Of a DNA stretch of 10,066 bases, positions 1 through 6,671 are shown piece after piece; position 1 is the stretch's first letter; every line of letters begins with the position of its first letter. The notes beneath the pieces are model-generated. The model saw only the letters and a program-made list of their open reading frames with translations, was not told the DNA's origin and did no database searches. Position numbers and translations under genes: made by a program. Source of the stretch: a virus (taxonomy: Duplodnaviria > Heunggongvirae > Uroviricota > Caudoviricetes); IMG/VR virus record IMGVR_UViG_2663763227_000008, positions 1 through 10,066 of that record; one strand, 5' to 3'.

Positions 1-159
1 AGCAATAAATCTCCAGTCCGTTCTGCTTATCTTCGATTCATGACAGCCAATCATCTTTGCCAGACCGCGCTGGGTAAGCGTTGACAGGTTGATGAGTAAA
101 TCAGTTTCAGCGCGATCAATTTCTCGCTGTGTTGGCTTGCTGTAGCTTGCTTGTGTCAT
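1..159 (-). CDS. cII: CII-like transcriptional activator, N-terminal 53 codons only (gene continues beyond window start)
   Basis: Minus-strand ATG at 159-157; translation MTQASYSKPTQREIDRAETDLLINLSTLTQRGLAKMIGCHESKISRTDWRFIA has an HTH-like segment. It sits immediately downstream of cro/nutR as cII does in lambda, and a TTGC-N6-TTGC site lies inside its 5' end. Not lambda cII by sequence. Confidence 0.6.
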   Translation of the reverse strand, partial: MTQASYSKPTQREIDRAETDLLINLSTLTQRGLAKMIGCHESKISRTDWRFIA

Positions 160-169
160 TTGTTAATTT
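137..169 (+). promoter_or_regulatory. PRE-like promoter: CII-type direct repeat TTGC-N6-TTGC (137-150) with candidate -10 TAATTT (164-169)
   Basis: ttgc tgtagc ttgc at 137-150 on the plus strand, inside the 5' end of the cII-like gene and pointing toward cro/cI, as PRE does in lambda; the spacing to the -10 candidate is the same as I recall for lambda PRE. Confidence 0.5.
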
Positions 170-196
170 TCCAATAGTGAATAGTTAGTTGAAAGG

Positions 197-214
197 TATG
201 CGTTGAAACGCATA
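197..214 (-). other. Perfect inverted repeat tatgcgt-tgaa-acgcata between nutR and cII (tR1-position hairpin)
   Basis: 7-bp stem with 4-nt loop seen directly; no U-run follows on the minus strand, so if it terminates it would be rho-dependent, like lambda tR1. Confidence 0.3.
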
Positions 215-243
215 TGGCCTTAGTTGGTCAGATATCTTGGGGC

Positions 244-258
244 TCGCTTTGTCAGCGA
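244..258 (-). promoter_or_regulatory. nutR boxB RNA hairpin, P22-type GACAA pentaloop
   Basis: Minus-strand sequence tcgcu-GACAA-agcga: 5-bp stem, GACAA loop, located just downstream of cro in the PR transcript. A weak boxA-like ccgttcttt lies ~22 nt upstream in the transcript. Confidence 0.6.
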
Positions 259-296
259 CGTAGGACGAATGTCCATTGTGAAAAGAACGGTGTTAC

Positions 297-506
<210 letters not shown>

Positions 507-521
507 TTAGTACATGCAACC

Positions 522-550
522 ATTATCACCGCCAGAGGTAAAATAGTCAA
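522..550 (-). promoter_or_regulatory. PR promoter (-35 TTGACT = plus 545-550; -10 GATAAT = plus 522-527)
   Basis: Reverse complement of the plus strand gives TTGACT and GATAAT with 17-bp spacing, overlapping OR2/OR1 exactly as in lambda. Confidence 0.85.
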
Positions 551-562
551 CACGCACGGTGT

Positions 563-587
<25 letters not shown>
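524..587. promoter_or_regulatory. Right operator: OR1 524-540, OR2 548-564, OR3 571-587
   Basis: Three 17-bp sites tatcaccgccagaggta / caacacgcacggtgtta / tatcccttgcggtgata, identical to the lambda OR1, OR2 and OR3 sequences as I recall them. Confidence 0.9.
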
Positions 588-1311
<724 letters not shown>

Positions 1312-1316
1312 TGAAA

Positions 1317-1343
1317 GGTCGCACAGAAGTGCGGCCTTTTTTT
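1317..1343 (+). terminator. Intrinsic terminator immediately 3' of cI
   Basis: ggtcgcac-agaa-gtgcggcc: 8-bp stem (one G-U), 4-nt loop, followed by seven T (1337-1343), starting 6 nt after the cI stop codon. Confidence 0.7.
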
Positions 1344-1441
1344 ATGATTAATATATATAAATATCAATAACATAAGCATGTTATATAGCAATTAACATAC
1401 CTATCTACAAACGAGGTATACATCAGCATTTGTTCAGTCAA

Positions 1442-1536
1442 CCTGCAAAACATCACATCTCCTGCGCATTTTTAATTCACCTGCTAATTTTACATTCTCC
1501 TGCACTTTTTTATTGCTCCTGCATCATTGTGGTGCT
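1442..1536 (+). repeat. Five tandem 19-bp direct repeats, each beginning CCTGC (iteron-like array)
   Basis: CCTGC at 1442, 1461, 1480, 1499, 1518 (exact 19-bp period). Units: cctgcaaaacatcacatct / cctgcgcatttttaattca / cctgctaattttacattct / cctgcacttttttattgct / cctgcatcattgtggtgct. Confidence 0.8.
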
Positions 1537-1543
1537 TTAATAT
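1513..1543 (+). promoter_or_regulatory. Candidate sigma70 promoter for the ParA-like gene (-35 TTGCTC 1513-1518; -10 TTTAAT/TAATAT 1536-1543)
   Basis: Hexamer-like matches at 17-19 bp spacing overlapping the last repeat unit, ~25 nt upstream of a strong SD aaaggagg (1553-1560). Pattern match only. Confidence 0.3.
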
Positions 1544-1567
1544 TCAAAATTTAAAGGAGGAATTCAT

Positions 1568-2611
1568 ATGAGCACTGTAGTTGAGTCAGTAATGGCACGC
1601 TATGCACAAGTTGTTGAGGAAGGTTACGTCGTAGATGGCGGGCCAAAATTCAAAAGTTATGCAGTTTCCAATCTGCGCGGTGGTGTTGGTAAGTCCACGA
1701 TGACATTCAACCTCGCCTATGAGCTGTCACGACGTAACTCCGTATTAGTGGCTGACTTATGCCCGCAATGTAATTTAACGGAGACACTATTGCGTGGTGA
1801 AAAACCGGTTGTAACAATAGCTAATGCACTGACACCAAAAATGCTGGGTCCAGCTTTTGGTGAGCAGCCAGAAGATATTTCATATCGAGTAAGTAATTTC
1901 TGCCCAGATTTTAAAGGTGGTAAGGCATGTTATGCGATTCCAGGTGATCCTGAGCTATTCGCTTTCCCATCAAGCATGTATCAACAACTACAAGTAGCGC
2001 TATCTCGCGGAGAACCAAAAGCAGTATCAACACTATTAAATTCTCTTCGCGCAATAATGAACGATGAAGCGAAAGACAAAAAATGCGAAATTTTATTGAT
2101 GGATACAAGCCCTTTCTATGCTGGAGGAACACACCTAGCATGGTGCGCGTCTGAGGCATTGATTATCCCTGTACGCGTAGATGAACACTCAATTGAGTCA
2201 CTTCATCTCACAATGGAAATGCTGGCAAATAAATCAAAAGATTTTGTATTATGGAATGAGCGTGCGGGTGGGCTTGGGGCTCCAAAAGTAGCAGCGATCG
2301 TAATGACAATGGCTGGTTCAAAAAGCCGTAAATCATCAACACCAGGTCGCGCATCTCAAATGTACATAGAGAGAGCTGTAAAAATCGCTGAAAAATACAG
2401 TCATCTCTTTGCCGATGAAGATGTTAGCAAAGCAATTGTGGTTACAGATGATTTTGTATCAAGCGGGCAAATTAGTGGGGCTGAAAGCATACCAATATCA
2501 CAGCTAAAAGTTGGTCGCTTCCATACAGTAAGTGAAGGGAAAAGGTTACAAGTTAACCAGTCGGTTACTCGATATCAAAGACAACTTAAGTATCTGGCAA
2601 GTATTCTTTAA
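1568..2611 (+). CDS. ParA/MinD-family P-loop ATPase-like protein (347 aa) occupying the rexAB-equivalent slot
   Basis: Strong SD aaaggagg 7 nt before the ATG. Motifs read from the translation: deviant Walker A AVSNLRGGVGKST (res 32-44), Walker A' VLVADLCPQCNLT (59-71), Walker B EILLMDTSP (174-182); ~100-aa C-terminal extension with no recognised motif. Confidence 0.85.
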   Translation: MSTVVESVMARYAQVVEEGYVVDGGPKFKSYAVSNLRGGVGKSTMTFNLAYELSRRNSVLVADLCPQCNLTETLLRGEKPVVTIANALTPKMLGPAFGEQPEDISYRVSNFCPDFKGGKACYAIPGDPELFAFPSSMYQQLQVALSRGEPKAVSTLLNSLRAIMNDEAKDKKCEILLMDTSPFYAGGTHLAWCASEALIIPVRVDEHSIESLHLTMEMLANKSKDFVLWNERAGGLGAPKVAAIVMTMAGSKSRKSSTPGRASQMYIERAVKIAEKYSHLFADEDVSKAIVVTDDFVSSGQISGAESIPISQLKVGRFHTVSEGKRLQVNQSVTRYQRQLKYLASIL

Positions 2612-2616
2612 GCAAG

Positions 2617-2644
2617 AACCCGGCCTCAGCGCCGGGTTTTCTTT
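2617..2644 (+). terminator. Intrinsic terminator 3' of the ParA-like gene
   Basis: aacccggc-ctcagc-gccgggtt: 8-bp stem, 6-nt loop, then T-rich ttttcttt; starts 6 nt after the stop codon. Confidence 0.7.
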
Positions 2645-2790
2645 GCCTAACCCCCCCAAAAAAACACATAACCAATTGTATTTATTTGAAAATTAATAGA
2701 TACAACTCACTAAACATAGCAATTCAGATCTCTCACCTACCAAACAATGCACCCCTGCAAAAAATAAATTCATATAAAAAACATACAGAT

Positions 2791-2851
2791 AACCATCTGC
2801 GGTGATGAATTATCTCTAGCGGTGTTGACATAAATACCACTAGCGGTGATA
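2791..2851. promoter_or_regulatory. Left operator: OL3 2791-2807, OL2 2811-2827, OL1 2835-2851
   Basis: aaccatctgcggtgatg / tatctctagcggtgttg / taccactagcggtgata; lambda-like 17-bp sites, each differing at one position from the lambda OL sequences as I recall them. Confidence 0.85.
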
Positions 2852-2853
2852 CT
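2825..2853 (+). promoter_or_regulatory. pL promoter (-35 TTGACA 2825-2830; -10 GATACT 2848-2853)
   Basis: ttgacataaataccactagcggtgatact, 17-bp spacing; same hexamers as lambda pL, overlapping OL2/OL1. Confidence 0.85.
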
Positions 2854-2921
2854 AAACACATCAGCAGGACGCACTACTCACCAGGTCGGTGAATATACAA
2901 CGATTCGAATATGAATCTACG

Positions 2922-2936
2922 GCGCTGACAAAGCGC
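2922..2936 (+). promoter_or_regulatory. nutL boxB RNA hairpin, P22-type GACAA pentaloop
   Basis: gcgcu-GACAA-agcgc: 5-bp stem, GACAA loop, ~65 nt downstream of the pL start and upstream of the N-like gene. No convincing boxA identified. Confidence 0.65.
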
Positions 2937-3101
2937 AATAACCAAAGTGAACTTTGGGGTGTGGTGAAGGGTTCATGGACGGGAATATGTCGCACGTAAA
3001 GCGGCGAGGCCTGCGGGACTATTGCCGAATTGAAGTAGGCCGAAACAGGTCGAAATGGGTCTCCCACCTACCACACCACCAAAGATCATCAGGAGGTCTA
3101 T

Positions 3102-3485
3102 ATGACACGCAGAACTCAGTTCAAAGGCAATTCACGTTCTCGTCGTCGTGAGCTTTTAAAGGCAAAGGCATTAGCTAACGGCGTGCTGGCCCGCGAAGAA
3201 GCAATAAGTTCAGAAGTATTACACCGCCCTACTCTAAGCAGAGCGCAGATTCAGGCTAAAGGTACTCACGAAACGCCTGAGCGCATAGAAGACGCTAAGC
3301 CAATTAAGTTCATGGCACAGGACGTGATCTGGCAACAGAAAGAATACAGACGCAATCTGGAGCGAGCGGCCATTGTGTACGCGAATGAGTTTGGACATAA
3401 GCAACCAGAAACTGGTGTATGTCTTCCAAACGTAGCCATTTACGCGGCAGGCTACCGGAAATCAAAACAACTGACGGCGAGGTGA
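3102..3485 (+). CDS. N: N-family transcription antiterminator (P22 gp24-like)
   Basis: SD aggagg before the ATG; first gene after pL/nutL. N-terminal arginine-rich motif GNSRSRRRELLKAKALA; C-terminus LPNVAIYAAGYRKSKQLTAR resembles the P22 gene 24 product C-terminus as I recall it. Confidence 0.75.
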   Translation: MTRRTQFKGNSRSRRRELLKAKALANGVLAREEAISSEVLHRPTLSRAQIQAKGTHETPERIEDAKPIKFMAQDVIWQQKEYRRNLERAAIVYANEFGHKQPETGVCLPNVAIYAAGYRKSKQLTAR

Positions 3486-3545
3486 CTTGTGTTGGTCGCC
3501 AGAAAATGAAATTAGGCAGCAAACCACTTATTTGAGGACTGATAC

Positions 3546-3788
3546 ATGAGAGTAAAAACTATGGGCGCAAGCCCATTAAGTGGTCGTATTTTTCAAGGAA
3601 CATTAAACACTGAAAAAGGAATGTGGGTGGGAAAGAAAGAAGATGTAACCGAACAGGCAGTTAAGGCAGTAGCTGAACACATGATGATAAAAGACCAGAA
3701 ATATGCATACGAAACGAAGGATGGCAAATGGCTGATAATAAGTCATCAAATAGTTGATAAATTACCAGAAGAGTTTATTGCTGATTAA
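3546..3788 (+). CDS. Hypothetical early protein (80 aa)
   Basis: ORF with SD gagga 8 nt upstream; first gene after N, where lambdoid phages carry small host-interaction genes; no recognisable motif. Confidence 0.5.
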   Translation: MRVKTMGASPLSGRIFQGTLNTEKGMWVGKKEDVTEQAVKAVAEHMMIKDQKYAYETKDGKWLIISHQIVDKLPEEFIAD

Positions 3789-3826
3789 AATTATTTTGGC
3801 ATAAACAACAGAATAAACACTGCACT

Positions 3827-3854
3827 GTGTATTCATTCCAACGAGTGAATACAC
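3827..3854 (+). other. 12-bp inverted repeat / RNA hairpin gtgtattcattc-caac-gagtgaatacac
   Basis: Seen directly: 12-bp stem (one G-U), 4-nt loop, no U-run; in the intergenic gap after the 80-aa ORF. Confidence 0.5.
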
Positions 3855-3916
3855 GGAGCAATGTCGCTCGTAACTAAACAGGAGCCGACTTGTTCTGATT
3901 ATTGGAAATCTTCTTT

Positions 3917-3942
3917 GCCCTCCAGTGTGAGGGCCTTTTTAT
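3917..3942 (+). terminator. Intrinsic terminator (tL1-like position)
   Basis: gccctc-cagtgt-gagggc stem-loop followed by ctttttat; lies inside the pL operon, so it would be N-suppressible. Confidence 0.6.
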
Positions 3943-4006
3943 ATGCATACCAATAACGCTTCACTTGAGGCGTTTTCGTTATGCAATCAAACAGAAGGAG
4001 CATCCT

Positions 4007-4177
4007 ATGCAACAGTTCGCTATTGCAGGGGCGGCATCGGTTCGCCCTTTCAACCCGATTTTATCGGTACAGCATTCACGAAAAAACATTTTAACCGGAG
4101 CAGACTTTAAACAACCAAGAATGAAAAGTTTGCTCGAAAAGCTTTGGGATATTTTGAAACAACAAGGCCGTCCATGA
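4007..4177 (+). CDS. cIII: CIII-like small protein (56 aa)
   Basis: SD aggag before the ATG at 4007. MQQFAIAG... N-terminus and SLLEKLWDILKQQG segment resemble lambda CIII (MQYAIAG...; ...WKRLIDILNQPG) from memory. The longer TTG-initiated frame from 3902 is rejected because it runs through the terminator hairpin. Confidence 0.5.
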   Translation: MQQFAIAGAASVRPFNPILSVQHSRKNILTGADFKQPRMKSLLEKLWDILKQQGRP

Positions 4178-4332
4178 GTTTTACAGATAACTGGTCAGAC
4201 GAAGAATTCATTCGTCAGATGAAAGAATTAATCGGTAACGAAGGAGATATTCATGTCACTTGCAACCACAGTGAAGGAGAGCAAGTTACAGAGACGCATG
4301 TACACGCAGAAAGCTCTCTGGTATCGCCATAA
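4174..4332 (+). CDS. Hypothetical small acidic protein (52 aa)
   Basis: ATG overlaps the upstream stop (ATGA) suggesting translational coupling; translation MSFTDNWSDEEFIRQMKELIGNEGDIH...; no recognisable motif. Confidence 0.4.
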   Translation: MSFTDNWSDEEFIRQMKELIGNEGDIHVTCNHSEGEQVTETHVHAESSLVSP

Positions 4333-4433
4333 TGGCGACCGCGAAGGAATGCGGGTATGCCTTAATTTGTCCCGAGTCGAAGTATTAAATCAGCGTTATT
4401 TCCTTGGGCCATGTCCATTCTGAGAACAAACAT

Positions 4434-5039
4434 ATGAGCAAAGAATTTTACGCAAGACTGGCAGCTATTCAGGAGAATCTGAACGCGCCAAAAAATCAGT
4501 ACAACTCATTCGGTAAATATAAATACAGAAGCTGCGAAGACATTCTTGAAGGCGTTAAGCCGTTACTGAATGGCCTGTTTTTATCAATCAGCGATGAAGT
4601 TGTGTTGATTGGTGATCGGTATTACGTGAAAGCCACGGCAACTATTACCGATGGCGAAAACAGTCATACGGCAACCGCTCTTGCACGAGAGGAAGAAAGC
4701 AAGAAAGGAATGGATTCTGCACAAGTTACGGGAGCTACAAGCTCTTATGCACGCAAGTATTGCCTCAATGGTTTGTTCGGCATTGATGATGCGAAAGATG
4801 CAGATACAGACGAGCATAAACATCAGCAGAACGCAGCAGCAAAGCAATCAAAACCATCACCTACACCTGAACAGGTTCTAAAAGCATTCACTGACGCAGC
4901 AATGCAGAAAAACACCGTGGAAGAGCTTAAACAGGCGTTCGCCAAAGCGTGGAAGATGCTCGAAGGCACACCGGAGCAGCACAAAGCGCAGGACGTTTAC
5001 AACATCAGACGAGACGAATTAGAAGGAGCGGCTGCTTAA
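4434..5039 (+). CDS. erf: Erf-family single-strand annealing recombinase (P22 Erf-like)
   Basis: Translation MSKEFYARLAAIQENLNAPKNQYNSFGKYKYRSCEDILEGVKPLLNGLFLSISDEVVLIGDRYYVKATATITDGENSH... closely resembles P22 Erf as I recall it; ATG 4434 preferred over the upstream TTG at 4404. Confidence 0.8.
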   Translation: MSKEFYARLAAIQENLNAPKNQYNSFGKYKYRSCEDILEGVKPLLNGLFLSISDEVVLIGDRYYVKATATITDGENSHTATALAREEESKKGMDSAQVTGATSSYARKYCLNGLFGIDDAKDADTDEHKHQQNAAAKQSKPSPTPEQVLKAFTDAAMQKNTVEELKQAFAKAWKMLEGTPEQHKAQDVYNIRRDELEGAAA

Positions 5040-5422
5040 TGGCACATTCGATTACTGTAAGACTAAACAAGCCCGCAAGAGAGTTTCAGGCCGGGGAAAA
5101 TATCGGATTCAACATCCGTGCTGGCGTTCAGTATTACGATCGCCAGACAAAAAAGAAAGAATGGACAAACTACAGCGCCGTTGTATTTGCCAAGCCGGGA
5201 GCGCAAGCGGATTACTACCGTAGTGTTCTTGTTGAAGGTGGCATTGTAGAAATTACCGGAGAAAACATCAGGGTTGATGTTTATCAGGGGCAAAATGGTC
5301 AATCAATCACTCTTGAATTACTGAATGCAAAGATTGGATTTGCAACTTCAGGAAACAGCCAACAGCAGCAAAGTAGCAATCATCAAAATCATCCTGAATA
5401 CGACGATTCAATTCCATTCTAA
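5039..5422 (+). CDS. Putative single-stranded DNA-binding protein (OB-fold-like), coupled to erf
   Basis: Start overlaps the erf stop (TAATG) with SD aggag upstream. 127 aa with an SSB-like pattern (KEWTNYSAVVFAKPGAQADYYRSVLVEGGIVEITGENIRVDVY) and a Q/S-rich acidic tail ending DDSIPF, reminiscent of the SSB C-terminal tip. Confidence 0.55.
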   Translation: MAHSITVRLNKPAREFQAGENIGFNIRAGVQYYDRQTKKKEWTNYSAVVFAKPGAQADYYRSVLVEGGIVEITGENIRVDVYQGQNGQSITLELLNAKIGFATSGNSQQQQSSNHQNHPEYDDSIPF

Positions 5423-5445
5423 AGTAGCAACATAAGGATTCCATT

Positions 5446-5742
5446 ATGCCAGCGCCTCTGTATGGTGCGGACGACGCGCGCCGCTGTTCCGGCAATTCCG
5501 TATCGGAGGTGCTGGATAAATTCAGAAAAAACTACGATCGGATAATGTCGCTACCACAGGAAACGAAAGAGGAAAAGGAATTTCGCCACTGTATATGGCT
5601 TGCAGAGAAAGAAGAACGCGAGCGAATTTACCAGACATCAATCCGACCATTCCGCAAAGCCACATATACCCACTTCCCTGAATATATCGACCCGCGCCTG
5701 CGTAATTACCGCTCACGCTATGGCGCTATCAGTAATGACTGA
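5446..5742 (+). CDS. Hypothetical protein (98 aa)
   Basis: ORF with SD aagga upstream; no recognisable motif. Confidence 0.5.
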   Translation: MPAPLYGADDARRCSGNSVSEVLDKFRKNYDRIMSLPQETKEEKEFRHCIWLAEKEERERIYQTSIRPFRKATYTHFPEYIDPRLRNYRSRYGAISND

Positions 5743-5752
5743 GGAGTTAACA

Positions 5753-6043
5753 ATGAAAACAATGAAGCTGAACATCGACCTCGGAAAATACGTTATTACC
5801 GGAACCAAACACGACCTGATTCTTAGCGAAAGAGGAATTATCAAAGAAGGTGAGAATGCAGGGAAAGAAACACTAAGCCGTATCGGTTATTACAGCAAGT
5901 TTGAGCATCTGGTTAAAGAGTTATTAAACCGTGAAATTCTGTTATCTCAGGCGCAGACGCTACAGGATATTCAGCAGCATATCGAAACTTTAGGTGTGTC
6001 ACTTAGCATGGCTATTGACCAGTTCGTGGAGAGTAAATCATGA
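5753..6043 (+). CDS. Hypothetical protein (96 aa)
   Basis: SD gaggag 6 nt before the ATG at 5753; the TTG-initiated extension from 5600 is rejected because it overlaps the previous gene out of frame. Confidence 0.5.
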   Translation: MKTMKLNIDLGKYVITGTKHDLILSERGIIKEGENAGKETLSRIGYYSKFEHLVKELLNREILLSQAQTLQDIQQHIETLGVSLSMAIDQFVESKS

Positions 6044-6204
6044 GAGGACTTGCATACAATCCCGGCATTCTTCCGGCAGAAATGATTATTCGCCAACGCG
6101 TAAAGCCAATGCCATCGAGAGAGGAATTGCTTAAGAGAAATTCTTTTCCATCAGTGAATCAAAACAAATATCTGAATGCGATGTGGCGGAGTGGGAAGAA
6201 ATGA
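6040..6204 (+). CDS. Hypothetical small protein (54 aa), not in the supplied ORF track (below length cutoff)
   Basis: ATG overlaps the upstream stop (ATGA) and its own stop overlaps the next ATG (ATGA), filling what would otherwise be a gap in a coupled gene string; translation [54 protein letters not shown]. Confidence 0.35.
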   Translation: MRGLAYNPGILPAEMIIRQRVKPMPSREELLKRNSFPSVNQNKYLNAMWRSGKK

Positions 6205-6671
6205 AACAAATGTCACTAATTGAGATGGATGGTTTTCTGAAAGGTAAATGCATCCCACGAGATTTAAAGGTTAACGAAACAAATGCTGAATATCTGGTGC
6301 GTAAATTTGCTGAAGCTGAGGCCAAGTGCGCGGCACTGGCGGTGGAGAATGCGGGAATAAAGTCTGCAATTCCTCAACTACGGGATATTGATGCTGACAA
6401 TGACAATATGGATGACGTATCTCTTGCTGAAGACTTCGGATTCAATCATGCAATAGAACGGATGAGGAGACAGATACCTGAAACCCCAGCCACCGATGCT
6501 TTTCTGGCTGAAGTACGGGCGCAGGGCGTGGAGATGTACGCAGATAACCTCGACAACGCAGCAGACGACGCAGAACGAGGTGGTTTTGATTATGCCGTTA
6601 AGTTTCTACGCAGTGAAGCGTCTAGTGTACGTTTGTTCGCCGGCCAGCTTCGCAAAGGAGGCAAACAGTGA
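6201..6671 (+). CDS. Hypothetical acidic protein (156 aa from ATG 6201; alternative GTG start at 6183)
   Basis: Long ORF in the coupled string; acidic, Ala/Asp-rich; no recognisable motif. Confidence 0.5.
   Translation: MKQMSLIEMDGFLKGKCIPRDLKVNETNAEYLVRKFAEAEAKCAALAVENAGIKSAIPQLRDIDADNDNMDDVSLAEDFGFNHAIERMRRQIPETPATDAFLAEVRAQGVEMYADNLDNAADDAERGGFDYAVKFLRSEASSVRLFAGQLRKGGKQ

Noticed and set aside
267-290. Motif ATGTCCATT-N-TGA...GAAC shared between 267-290 and 4410-4429
   Set aside because: Only ~12 of 13 core positions match; rough expectation is dozens of such near-matches by chance in a 10-kb window on both strands, so not significant.
1442-1536. Possibility that the 19-bp repeat array is a CRISPR array
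   Set aside because: Units are contiguous 19-mers with only a 5-bp conserved core and no repeat-spacer alternation; too short and irregular for CRISPR.
1911-2159. 82-aa minus-strand ORF inside the ParA-like gene
   Set aside because: Antisense to a gene with clear Walker motifs; no SD; likely spurious.
1568-2611. Interpretation of the ParA-like gene as a plasmid-type partition gene
   Set aside because: No ParB or centromere-binding partner gene is adjacent, and the element carries an excisionase-like gene and lambda-type immunity, consistent with an integrating prophage. Kept as a formal alternative in the findings.
2861-3151. ORFs 2861-3067 (minus) and 2954-3151 (plus) in the pL leader
   Set aside because: They cover the nutL/leader region and overlap the N-like start out of frame; the leader is expected to be non-coding RNA containing boxB.
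3902-4006. TTG-initiated N-terminal extension of the CIII-like ORF (and similar upstream-extended starts at 4144, 4404, 4949, 5600, 6183, 7917)
   Set aside because: The extensions run through terminator hairpins or overlap the preceding gene out of frame; internal ATG starts have SD sequences and ATGA/TAATG coupling geometry.
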